Source: Balneolales bacterium (lineage in GTDB: Bacteria > Bacteroidota > Rhodothermia > Balneolales > HLUCCA01). From it: a stretch of 64,000 nt of DNA. The translations under genes and the position numbers were made by a program. Each line of letters begins with the position of its first letter. Position 1 is the stretch's first letter. Positions 1 to 8,228 of the stretch are shown here, in pieces. The stretch lies in NCBI GenBank assembly GCA_041749075.1, contig JBGTBY010000016.1:4015-68014 (forward strand), in the 5' to 3' direction. Below the pieces are notes generated by a model. That model saw only the letters and a program-made list of their open reading frames with translations, ran no database searches and had not been told where the DNA came from.

Positions 1-644
1 CATTCCATTTTGGTATCCGGATGATTGATGAATCCCTTTTCAATATTTGTTTGGACATGGTTCTCGAACGTGGTGAATAGGGTCATCAAATCGGACGAAT
101 TGATCACTTTGTCGATCGTGCGATCGACAGACTTGGGTGGTCGTACGCCACGAACCAAATCCGTCGAAATATGCCCTTCTTCATGGAGCCACTTGAAAAA
201 CACCCGGTAATGCGTGAAGTAACTGCGTTGTGTCGCATTGCGCAAGTGAGGACGAAAGCTCAATCGCCGCAAATCATTACTGGTGAGCTGGCTGATTGGC
301 ATTGTTCTGCCCATATCTTCCATCATCCGCCGAAAACAACCTCGATAACTATTCTTTGTGACATCGTTGGCTTGCGACCGACTTTTTAGGAATTGCTCGC
401 ATGCCTGTTCCAATGTGAATGGAGCAGAACTGCTCGAACTGGAGATTTGAGCCGTTTGATAGGTCCAGCCATTGAATGGGTCTATTCGTCCATCCTGATA
501 CTTGATTTCCAGTTCGGTGCGAATTCTCTCCGCCTTCTTGGGATCCGAGGTTCCAAGAGAGAATGAGCGTTGATTGATCTTATCACCAATGCGTCGGCTG
601 AATTGAATCAGATACACGCCATTTCGCTGTTTTAAAGAGGCCAT
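1..644 (-). CDS. Tyrosine recombinase/phage-type integrase, N-terminal part (runs off the window)
   Basis: Absent from the ORF track because it has no stop in the window. My translation from ATG at 644: MASLKQRNGVYLIQFSRRIGDKINQRSFSLGTSDPKKAERIRTELE...TLEQACEQFLKSRSQANDVTKNSYRGCFRR...ATQRSYFTHYRVFFKWLHEEGHISTDLVRGVRPPK. This resembles arm-binding plus core-binding integrase domains, and the gene lies just downstream of a tRNA 3' end. The catalytic domain is not visible. Confidence 0.8.
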   Translation of the reverse strand, partial: MASLKQRNGVYLIQFSRRIGDKINQRSFSLGTSDPKKAERIRTELEIKYQDGRIDPFNGWTYQTAQISSSSSSAPFTLEQACEQFLKSRSQANDVTKNSYRGCFRRMMEDMGRTMPISQLTSNDLRRLSFRPHLRNATQRSYFTHYRVFFKWLHEEGHISTDLVRGVRPPKSVDRTIDKVINSSDLMTLFTTFENHVQTNIEKGFINHPDTKME

Positions 645-645
645 G

Positions 646-667
646 TTAGTCCCACATTTAGTCCCAC
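646..667. repeat. Direct repeat TTAGTCCCAC x2 (12-bp period), candidate integrase arm-type sites
   Basis: TTAGTCCCAC at 646-655 and 658-667, between the integrase start and the tRNA. Confidence 0.55.
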
Positions 668-740
668 GCAATGTATTAAATGTGCGATATAGTGACAACT
701 ATATCGATCGAAATTGTCGCGAATTTGGCGGATGGGCATA

Positions 741-777
741 AAAAAAACCCGCTTAACGATTTATTTAAGCGGGTTTT
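741..777 (-). terminator. Intrinsic terminator downstream of tRNA-Phe
   Basis: AAAACCCGCTTAA-N8-TTAAGCGGGTTTT stem with a T-run on the minus strand. Confidence 0.8.
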
Positions 778-784
778 ATGAGTG

Positions 785-857
785 TGGGACCAGGGGGAAT
801 CGAACCCCCGACACATGGATTTTCAGTCCATTGCTCTACCGACTGAGCTACAGTCCC
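785..857 (-). tRNA. tRNA-Phe (GAA)
   Basis: Reverse complement GGGACTGTAGCTCAGTCGGTAGAGCAATGGACTGAAAATCCATGTGTCGGGGGTTCGATTCCCCCTGGTCCCA. Cloverleaf with GAA anticodon and GTTCGA T-loop; CCA not encoded. Confidence 0.97.
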
Positions 858-874
858 TCTCTTGTTGAGAGCAA

Positions 875-882
875 CAAATATA
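875..882 (-). promoter_or_regulatory. TAnnTTTG (-7) promoter box for the tRNA
   Basis: TATATTTG on the minus strand, 17 nt upstream of the tRNA; matches the Bacteroidota-type housekeeping consensus. Confidence 0.6.
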
Positions 883-1041
883 CGGGTTTTCATGCCGTTC
901 CGAAATACGGAATGATTCCACCTTGAAAAGTTCATCGCACCGTTTATATTACCTCATCTTCTCATTACATGAGAAGAGCGGGTGATCGGTTTGACCGCCG
1001 GTTGCTCCTTTCATGGGTATTCAAAATAAAACAAAACAAGT

Positions 1042-2772
1042 ATGTCATTCCGTTGGGTGTATGCCCAACCGGACGACGCAGGCATTGCCGCATCCTTATC
1101 CAAGGAATGCAATGTGCCCACGTCGATTGCCCGGTTGTTGGCGCTACGGGGAGTCTCTACCTTCGACCGTGCCTCTCTATTCTTCCGCCCCGAACTAAGC
1201 AAACTCCACGATCCATTCCTCATGAAGGATATGGATATCGCCTCCGACCGTCTCGCACACGCCATCCGTTCGGGTCAGCGCGTGCTGGTGTATGGCGATT
1301 ATGATGTGGATGGCACCACCGCCACCGCCATCATGTATATGTTCATCCGCGAATTCGGATCGAAACCGCTATTCTATATCCCGCATCGATTCAAGGAGGG
1401 ATACGGTCTAAGTGAAGAGGGCATCACCTATGCCGATGAGCAGGATTGCGACCTCATCGTGTCGGTCGATTGCGGCATCACCGCCATCGAGGAAGCGAAA
1501 TGGGCCAAAGCCAAGGGCATCGACCTGATCGTGTGTGACCATCACACCGCCGGCGACACCATTCCCGATTGCGTTGCCGTGCTGGATCCGAAGCGCCCCG
1601 ACTGTCCCTATCCCTTCGAAGGATTATCCGGGGCCGGCGTAGGCTTCAAACTCATTCAGGCCACCTTGCTCAAACTGGGACTCCCGCAGTCCGTGGCCTA
1701 TAAATACCTCGATCTCCTGGCGGTATCCATCGCGTCCGATATCGTACCGATCATCGATGAGAACCGAATTCTCATGCGCGAAGGCCTGCTGATGCTCAAT
1801 ACCGAGCCCCGGGCCGGCATCCGCGCGCTAATGGACCTCATCAAGATGGATGTGGGCAAATTGTCGACCACGAATATCGTGTTCAGCATCGGTCCGCGCA
1901 TCAACGCGGCCGGACGCATGGGCGATGCCGTCACCGCCCTCAATCTTCTGATCTCCGACAGCGAAGACGATGCCAATTTCTGGGCCGCGCAGCTCGAGGA
2001 AATCAACAAACGCCGTCGCAAGACCGATTCCGATACCATGGGTCAAGCCCAGGCGATGATCGACGAGTCGATGGACATGGATTCGCTGACGTCCGTCGTG
2101 CTCCACCATCCCGAATGGCATCTGGGCGTGATCGGCATCGTGGCGTCGCGCTTGGTGGACCTGTACTGCCGCCCCACCATCATGCTCAGCACCATCGATG
2201 GCAAAATCAAAGGCTCGGCCCGCTCCATCCGCGGCTTCAACATCTACAATGCGCTCAAACAGTGCGACGACCTGCTCATCCAGTTCGGCGGACATGAATT
2301 CGCCGCCGGGCTCACCATGAATTGCGATCAGTTGGATGCGTTTCGTGAACGGTTTTCCTCCATTTCGCACGATTGTCTGTGTTCAGACCAGTTTGAGCCC
2401 GAAATCGTGATCGATGGGGAACTGCGACTTTCCGAAATCGATTCGCGCTTCTGGAAATTGCTGAATCAATTCGAGCCGTACGGTCCTCATAACACACGAC
2501 CCATTTTCGTGTCGAAAAACGTGCAGATCGTCGGAAATCCGAGCATCGTGGGCAAGCAAGGTCATCTGAAAATGCGCTTGGCCCAAGACGACTCCTATCA
2601 TTTCGACGCCATCGGCTTCAAGATGCACGCGCTCAAACCGATGCTGGACGAACATAAGAATCAGAATGTGGACATCGCCTTCGTGCTGGAGGAAAACTGC
2701 TGGTTCGACAAGCGTTCGAACGAATCGAAGCGCGAGCTTCAACTGCAAATCCGCGACATACGAGTATGCTGA
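1042..2772 (+). CDS. recJ: Single-stranded-DNA exonuclease RecJ
   Basis: YGDYDVDG, VDCG, DHH, PRINAAGR, GSARS and FGGH motifs. Confidence 0.97.
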   Translation: MSFRWVYAQPDDAGIAASLSKECNVPTSIARLLALRGVSTFDRASLFFRPELSKLHDPFLMKDMDIASDRLAHAIRSGQRVLVYGDYDVDGTTATAIMYMFIREFGSKPLFYIPHRFKEGYGLSEEGITYADEQDCDLIVSVDCGITAIEEAKWAKAKGIDLIVCDHHTAGDTIPDCVAVLDPKRPDCPYPFEGLSGAGVGFKLIQATLLKLGLPQSVAYKYLDLLAVSIASDIVPIIDENRILMREGLLMLNTEPRAGIRALMDLIKMDVGKLSTTNIVFSIGPRINAAGRMGDAVTALNLLISDSEDDANFWAAQLEEINKRRRKTDSDTMGQAQAMIDESMDMDSLTSVVLHHPEWHLGVIGIVASRLVDLYCRPTIMLSTIDGKIKGSARSIRGFNIYNALKQCDDLLIQFGGHEFAAGLTMNCDQLDAFRERFSSISHDCLCSDQFEPEIVIDGELRLSEIDSRFWKLLNQFEPYGPHNTRPIFVSKNVQIVGNPSIVGKQGHLKMRLAQDDSYHFDAIGFKMHALKPMLDEHKNQNVDIAFVLEENCWFDKRSNESKRELQLQIRDIRVC

Positions 2773-3614
2773 AACCGACTGTTTCCTTGCAAGGTCAGCC
2801 CGGGTCGTTCCATCATATCGTGGCCACACGCCTCTTCGGTCCAGACGCCTCATGCTTATATCGAGGCACCTTTCGCGAGGTGATGGAAGATGAAAAAAAC
2901 GGTCGTGCGGATGTGGCCCTCATCGCCATTGAGAATTCCATAGCCGGAAGCATCATCTATAACTATGATTTGTTGGCGAAGTACCGCGTTCCCATTGCTG
3001 GCGAGTTCTATCTGCCGATTTCGCAGCACTTGATCGCCTTTCCCGGAACCAAGCTCGACGACATCAAAGAAGTCTGGTCCCATCCGATGGCGATCGAACA
3101 ATGCCGCGCGTTTTTGGATCCGCTGCATCTCACCATCCTCGAAAAAGAAGACACGGCCGGGTCTGTCAAAGAATTGAAAGACAGCGGCCTGAAGCATGTG
3201 GGCGTCATTTCGAGTGACTTTTCAGCCAAATTGTATGGGATGGAGATTATTCGTCGGAACATCGAGACCGATCCGCACAACCATACCCGTTTCTTGGTGC
3301 TGACCCATAAGGATTTGGCAAGCCACCTGAAGGGAAAAGTGACCAAAACATCCATGCAATTTTCTGTGGTGGATGCGCCCGGAAGCTTATATCGATTATT
3401 GGGCGTGCTGGATTTTCATGGAGTGAACATGTCGAAGATCGAGAGTCGGCCGAAGGTAGGCTCCCCATGGAAATATGATTTCTTTTGCGACATCACAACC
3501 GATGTGTATGCGGTGAATGGCTTGATCGACGACTTGACCGGCGTAACCGAGGCGTTTCATGTTCTGGGTGTTTTTTCCGACTTGTCCGGCATAGACGTAG
3601 GGCAATCCGGATAG
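2766..3614 (+). CDS. pheA: Prephenate dehydratase with ACT domain
   Basis: IENSIAG, SHPMAIEQC, NHTRF and KIESRP motifs; no chorismate mutase domain. Confidence 0.93.
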   Translation: MLKPTVSLQGQPGSFHHIVATRLFGPDASCLYRGTFREVMEDEKNGRADVALIAIENSIAGSIIYNYDLLAKYRVPIAGEFYLPISQHLIAFPGTKLDDIKEVWSHPMAIEQCRAFLDPLHLTILEKEDTAGSVKELKDSGLKHVGVISSDFSAKLYGMEIIRRNIETDPHNHTRFLVLTHKDLASHLKGKVTKTSMQFSVVDAPGSLYRLLGVLDFHGVNMSKIESRPKVGSPWKYDFFCDITTDVYAVNGLIDDLTGVTEAFHVLGVFSDLSGIDVGQSG

Positions 3615-3662
3615 GCGATTTTTGTATATTCGGGTGATTTTAAACCATCTTCTTTCTTTGCT

Positions 3663-4778
3663 ATGAAATTCAGTGTATCCAGCGGTGATCTGGTAAAAGG
3701 CCTGGCCGCAGTTGCCGGCGCCGTTCCATCCAAAGCGACCCTCCCCATTCTGGAGACCGTTCTCTTCGAAAGCGATAATGGTCGTCTGAGGCTTTGCGCC
3801 ACCGATTTGGAAGTGTCCATCATCGAATATGTGTCGGCTGACATCCTGGCCGAAGGCGCGATCGCGGTTCCGGCCCGCCGCCTGCTCGAAACCCTTCGCC
3901 AATTGCCCGACATCCCAGTCCTGTTTGAAACGGATGATCGCTCGATTGTGAAATTCAAGACCGACAAAGGCTCTTATAAATTGGCTGGCGAAAAAGCTGC
4001 GGATTTCCCTGCGATTCCGACCATGGAAGAAGGCGTTGCGATCAAGACGAGCCGTGCGTCGTTGGGTCGTGCCATCACGAAAACGAGTTTCGCGGTCTCA
4101 AGCGATGATTTGCGTCCAGCCATGATGGGTGTGTTTTTCCAGATCGGAAAAGAGGAAAGCAAGATCGTGGCCACGGATGGTCATCGCCTCGTTCGCTTGG
4201 TAAAAAAAGACATCGTCGCCACCACGCCGGTCCAGTTCATCGTTCCGGAAAAAGCATTGACCTTGGTTCAGAAAGCCTTGCATGGCGAAACGTGTGAGAT
4301 GTCGGTGAGCAAAGACCACGCCGGCTTCAAAAGCGGGAACACGAGCGTCATCACCCGCCTCATCAACGAAACCTATCCGAATTACGAGTCCGTGATTCCG
4401 CGGGAAAATGATAAGGAGATGAAAGTGAGTCGCGACCAGATGCTTGCCACAGTGAAGCGGGTCTCCATTTTTTCGAGTTCGGCGACCAAACAAGTGCGGT
4501 TGTCCCTCAAACCAGGTGAATTGCAGATCAGCGCGGAAGACATCGACCTCAGCAGCGAAGCGAAAGAAGCGATTTCCTGCGAATACGATCATCCGGAAAT
4601 GGAAATCGGATTCAATTCGCGTTATCTGACGGATGTGCTGTCAAACATCGACGATCCGGAAGTGATGTTTGAATTCTCCACGCCGAACCGCGCAGGCATC
4701 GTGCGTCCATCGATGCAAGAAGATGACGAGGACATGCTCATGCTCGTGATGCCCGTCATGCTAAATACCTACTCCTGA
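3663..4778 (+). CDS. dnaN: DNA polymerase III beta clamp
   Basis: LPIL, ATDLE, ATDGHRL, YPNY and C-terminal LVMPV motifs; 371 aa. Confidence 0.97.
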   Translation: MKFSVSSGDLVKGLAAVAGAVPSKATLPILETVLFESDNGRLRLCATDLEVSIIEYVSADILAEGAIAVPARRLLETLRQLPDIPVLFETDDRSIVKFKTDKGSYKLAGEKAADFPAIPTMEEGVAIKTSRASLGRAITKTSFAVSSDDLRPAMMGVFFQIGKEESKIVATDGHRLVRLVKKDIVATTPVQFIVPEKALTLVQKALHGETCEMSVSKDHAGFKSGNTSVITRLINETYPNYESVIPRENDKEMKVSRDQMLATVKRVSIFSSSATKQVRLSLKPGELQISAEDIDLSSEAKEAISCEYDHPEMEIGFNSRYLTDVLSNIDDPEVMFEFSTPNRAGIVRPSMQEDDEDMLMLVMPVMLNTYS

Positions 4779-4783
4779 ATGGA

Positions 4784-5575
4784 ATGACCCCGTCAGGCAT
4801 TCTCACACTCACATCGGATTTCGGCTACCGAGATCATTATGTGAGTGCGATGAAAGCGGGCATCATCAGCATCCATCCGGATGTCAAAATGATCGATGTG
4901 TCGCATGATGTGCCTCCGCAAGACATCATGGCCGCGGCGTGGGTCACCAAACATTCCGCATTCCTGTATCCGGAAGGCACCATACATCTTGTTGTGGTGG
5001 ATCCCGGCGTCGGCACATCCCGAAAAGCCGTGGCGGTCCGCATCAAGGACCAATACTTTGTGGGTCCGGACAATGGGATTTTCTCCTTAGTGGCGGATGA
5101 TCTTCCGTACCAAGCCTATCAGCTGAGCAACACCAGTTTTTGGGGAAGCGACCGATCGAAAACCTTCGAAGGTCGGGATATTTTCGCCCCCGTCGCGGCG
5201 CATCTGAGCAAAGGCGTGCCCTTGGCCGATGTGGGCGACCGCATCAAACAGTTGACGATCTATCGCTGGGCCATTCCCGTCGCCGATAAAGAAGGCATTC
5301 AAGGATGGGTGGTGCACATCGACCGGTATGGAAACCTCATCACGAACATTCCGGGCGACGTGATACAACAATTTCAGAACCGTCGCGGCGTGCGGATCTA
5401 CATCGGAAGCACCATCTTGAAAACCATCGTGAATACCTTCGGGGATGTGAAACAGGGCGAAGCGATGGCCTTCATCGGCAGCACCGGCATGCTCGAAGTG
5501 GGCGTGAACACCGGAAACGCCGAGCAACTTCTTGGTGTATATAAAGGTGCGGCGGTGAGTCTTGTGTTTGGTTAG
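4784..5575 (+). CDS. SAM hydroxide adenosyltransferase / SAM-dependent halogenase family (DUF62)
   Basis: TSDFG, VVDPGVGT, GPDNG, TFEGRDIFAP and IDRYGNLITN motifs. Confidence 0.92.
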   Translation: MTPSGILTLTSDFGYRDHYVSAMKAGIISIHPDVKMIDVSHDVPPQDIMAAAWVTKHSAFLYPEGTIHLVVVDPGVGTSRKAVAVRIKDQYFVGPDNGIFSLVADDLPYQAYQLSNTSFWGSDRSKTFEGRDIFAPVAAHLSKGVPLADVGDRIKQLTIYRWAIPVADKEGIQGWVVHIDRYGNLITNIPGDVIQQFQNRRGVRIYIGSTILKTIVNTFGDVKQGEAMAFIGSTGMLEVGVNTGNAEQLLGVYKGAAVSLVFG

Positions 5576-5611
5576 TTGCTTGTTGTTAGTGGTTTGTTGC
5601 GCGATGCCTTT

Positions 5612-5638
5612 CCGGGGCGGATGCGATCCGCCCTTACA
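5612..5638 (-). repeat. REP-like palindrome
   Basis: Minus strand reads GTAA-GGGCGGAT-CGC-ATCCGCCC: a GTAG-like tetranucleotide followed by a GC stem. Confidence 0.5.
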
Positions 5639-5671
5639 TAGGATGATTCTTTCATCTTTTCATCTCTTCCC

Positions 5672-5696
5672 CCTTCCTACTTCCTACTTCCTACTT
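5672..5696 (+). repeat. Heptamer tandem repeat (CTTCCTA)x3
   Basis: cttcctacttcctacttcctactt directly before ATG 5697. Confidence 0.85.
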
Positions 5697-6488
5697 ATGA
5701 CTCTACGCTCCCACGACGGCACAAAGAAAATCCAAATCCCTTTAGAAGCCAAACACTTGGCCAAGAAGTACAACGCGGTGTTCACGCAAGGGGATGGGAC
5801 CGAGATCCGGGTTGCGGATAACGTCATCGATGTGTTAGGGAAGCGGGATGTGCGCACCACGATGGCGCAAAACACGAATTTCATTCCGTTCACGGCGAGT
5901 CTGTATGAAGATACCTGGCGGGTGAAGTCGATCGGAATTTTGTCCGGACAAGATTTCAGCATCGACGACGAAACCAAGCGCCTCGTGGATTGGCTCGAAC
6001 CGAAAGCCGGCGAGTGGGTGATGGATGTGGGATGTTCGTCGGCGGTATATGCGCGTGCGCTGGCCAAAGCGGCGCCGGATGCAAACGTCGTGGCCGTCGA
6101 CATGTCACGGGCGATGATGAAGGAAGCGCGCCAACGTGCCTTGAATGATGCGCTGGACATGTACTTGGTGCGCGCCGACGCGTCGGACATGCCGTACTTC
6201 AATGCGAGCTTCGACAAGTTGGCCATGGGCGGAACGCTCAATGAGTTGCACGATGCGGCCAAGGTGCTGTATGAATGCCGACGCATTCTGAAGACCAATG
6301 GAAAATTCTTCCTGATGTATTTGTTGAAGGCGGAAAGCTTCGCAGGACGAGTGGCTCAGAAGTCCGCCGAATTGGGAGGGATTTCGTTTTGGTCGAAGAG
6401 CGAGGCGGAGGGACTCTTCAATCGCTGCGGTTTCCAGATTGAGCGCCGGGAAACATTGGGTATCGTGGATTTTGTGGTTCTAGGGTAA
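5697..6488 (+). CDS. Class I SAM-dependent methyltransferase (UbiE-like)
   Basis: VMDVGCSS motif I, VAVDMS and RADASDMPY. Start moved to ATG 5697 because the upstream extension is translated repeat sequence. Confidence 0.85.
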   Translation: MTLRSHDGTKKIQIPLEAKHLAKKYNAVFTQGDGTEIRVADNVIDVLGKRDVRTTMAQNTNFIPFTASLYEDTWRVKSIGILSGQDFSIDDETKRLVDWLEPKAGEWVMDVGCSSAVYARALAKAAPDANVVAVDMSRAMMKEARQRALNDALDMYLVRADASDMPYFNASFDKLAMGGTLNELHDAAKVLYECRRILKTNGKFFLMYLLKAESFAGRVAQKSAELGGISFWSKSEAEGLFNRCGFQIERRETLGIVDFVVLG

Positions 6489-6581
6489 CAAGCTAATCAA
6501 GTACTCATGTACTCAAGTGAAGAATCTTGCTTGAGTACGTGTTCTTTCTTGAGTACTTGTATTTCTTGAGTACTTGAGTAC
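6488..6581 (+). repeat. GTAC-octamer repeat unit A (left inverted repeat)
   Basis: 85/94 ungapped identity to the reverse complement of 8008-8101; built from GTACTCAA/TTGAGTAC units. Confidence 0.9.
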
Positions 6582-7561
6582 TAGTTTCCAGACAGCAAAT
6601 ACGTCTCGATCGTTGGCTTCTTAGGATCCGTTTCATTCATCGCATAAAGTCGGTTTTCGACGATGGCAAGAATCCTGTGAGATTCAGTCAGCCGCAATAT
6701 CACCTTCTCACTTCCTGTATCCAATGAATGACGTATGATGTGCTTTTCGCCATTGTCCATCACATGATCATAGATAAGATCGGATTGTGACACCACTGTG
6801 AATTGTCGCCAAACGGGCTGGTAGCCACTTATGCCAGCTCGGTTCAGCCCTCCAAGTATCCGATCATTCAATCGTTTGGGTGGGGGTCTCACATTCAGTT
6901 CCTTCCTGGATAGTTGACGCGATGTCATATTGAACTCCCATAACACAGGATAATCTCCATTCTGCATTTGGAGAATTGAAGCCGATACATGGACATCCAA
7001 CACATTGGAAGCTGGAGTGACGCGCGATGATCCATCCTTCATTGTCAATTCGAACGTTGTAAGCTCTTCCGGATTTCTGAATTCGGCATCATATCGAACG
7101 AGTTTGATGATGTCTTTTGTCCGCCTTCGATTGATTTCGGAAAACAAGACGATATAAGACTGATTGTGTTGTACCACATTCAAGGGATAAAACCCGTCAC
7201 GCGGTCTGAAAGCGACTTCGCGAACGGGTTTTATTTGTCCATTTTCAAATCGGAAAACAATGAATTTCATGGAACCCGATTCAATCACAACGATTTCAGA
7301 TTCGTTTACGACATTGAATCCGATTGTCTGACTCATCTCCATCGGTCCTCGTCCCTTTTTCCCAAATCGGCCGATTGTATTGAATGACTCATCCATCGCC
7401 AAGAAATGATACTCGGGATGACCGGCAACCATTCCGATGAATCCATGGGTACCAAATGAAATCATTCGACCTGAATTCATCCAGTCGGTGGATTCCAGTC
7501 GGATTGTCTCAATCGGTGGGGTGAGAAAAAGAATAAAAGGGAGTAGTAAAGGAAAAGGCAT
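6581..7561 (-). CDS. Secreted 6-bladed beta-propeller-like hypothetical protein
   Basis: Hydrophobic N-terminus and a FGKKGRGPMEM motif (GxxGxGPxE, typical of TolB-like 6-blade propellers); visibly more AT-rich than its neighbours. Confidence 0.65.
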   Translation of the reverse strand: MPFPLLLPFILFLTPPIETIRLESTDWMNSGRMISFGTHGFIGMVAGHPEYHFLAMDESFNTIGRFGKKGRGPMEMSQTIGFNVVNESEIVVIESGSMKFIVFRFENGQIKPVREVAFRPRDGFYPLNVVQHNQSYIVLFSEINRRRTKDIIKLVRYDAEFRNPEELTTFELTMKDGSSRVTPASNVLDVHVSASILQMQNGDYPVLWEFNMTSRQLSRKELNVRPPPKRLNDRILGGLNRAGISGYQPVWRQFTVVSQSDLIYDHVMDNGEKHIIRHSLDTGSEKVILRLTESHRILAIVENRLYAMNETDPKKPTIETYLLSGN

Positions 7562-7576
7562 CTGTCAATAATAACA

Positions 7577-7647
7577 CAAGTACTCAGGTGCACAAGAACA
7601 CAAGTGGAAAACCTGGCTTGAGTACGTGTTATTCCTTGAGTACTTGT
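7577..7647 (+). repeat. GTAC-octamer repeat unit B (internal direct copy of A)
   Basis: 7601-7647 matches 6514-6560 at 41/47 positions. Confidence 0.85.
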
Positions 7648-7655
7648 TTTATTTA

Positions 7656-7672
7656 ATACGTCAATGGCGTAT
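7656..7672. promoter_or_regulatory. Palindromic operator upstream of the HTH gene
   Basis: ATACGTCAATGGCGTAT, 14/17 self-complementary. Confidence 0.55.
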
Positions 7673-7699
7673 CCTAAGTAGACATCTTAGTGGAGAAAC

Positions 7700-7987
7700 A
7701 TGAAAGAAGCATTGTTTAACGAATTGGTCGATAGTGTTCGTGAATTCAAGGCGATTCATAAAGGCGAACGGAAGCCATCGCGAGTGACCACGTTAAAAGA
7801 ACCGGATGTTGCAGCCATCCGCCAAAAACACCAATTGAATCAGGAAGAATTCGCGGCTTTGCTAGGTATTAGTGTGGGGACGCTTCGAAATTGGGAGCAA
7901 GGACGACGCAAACCTCATGGTCCCGCAAAAGTGTTGCTGACCATTGCTGATAAGCAACCTAAAGCACTCATCGAGTCATTGTCTTAA
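7700..7987 (+). CDS. XRE-family HTH protein (HigA/NadS-like antitoxin)
   Basis: DVAAIRQKHQLNQEEFAALLGISVGTLRNWEQGRRKPHGPAKVLL; GGAG RBS; no toxin gene adjacent. Confidence 0.88.
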   Translation: MKEALFNELVDSVREFKAIHKGERKPSRVTTLKEPDVAAIRQKHQLNQEEFAALLGISVGTLRNWEQGRRKPHGPAKVLLTIADKQPKALIESLS

Positions 7988-8007
7988 TAAGTACTCAAGA
8001 AGAATAG

Positions 8008-8101
8008 GTACTCAAGTACTCAAGTAATTCAAGTACTCTAGGAAGAACAAGTACTCAAGCCAGATTCTTCACTTGAGTACTTGAGCACTTGATAAGCTTG
8101 T
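8008..8101 (-). repeat. GTAC-octamer repeat unit C (right inverted repeat)
   Basis: Reverse complement of unit A with 9 mismatches; an extra partial unit lies at 7989-8007. Confidence 0.9.
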
Positions 8102-8106
8102 CTTAC

Positions 8107-8190
8107 TGTCCGAATCCGAACACCTTTTCGAACAGAATCGGACAATCTCGGGGCTAATTCCCGCTCCATCGCGCTTGGCATGTTCTTTGA
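8107..8190 (+). promoter_or_regulatory. Sigma-54 promoter with tandem activator sites
   Basis: TGTCCGAATCCGAACA (8107-8122), CGAACAGAATCGGACA (8129-8144) and TTGGCATGTTCTTTGA (GG at 8177). Confidence 0.7.
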
Positions 8191-8228
8191 ATAGAGTGGT
8201 AGACATACGCACTTGACCCGCTCTTCTC

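Noticed and set aside
714-926. 70-aa ORF
   Set aside because: Antisense reading of the tRNA and its terminator.
3615-3662. Replication origin next to dnaN
   Set aside because: No dnaA gene, no DnaA-box cluster, and only a 48-bp gap.
5562-5696. N-terminal extension of the methyltransferase
   Set aside because: Translates a REP-like hairpin and heptamer repeats; ATG 5697 is more plausible.
6488-8101. CRISPR array or integron
   Set aside because: Repeats are degenerate, occur in both orientations and are separated by whole genes rather than spacers. No cas or intI genes are in the window, and no clear RYYYAAC/GTTRRRY attC ends are present.
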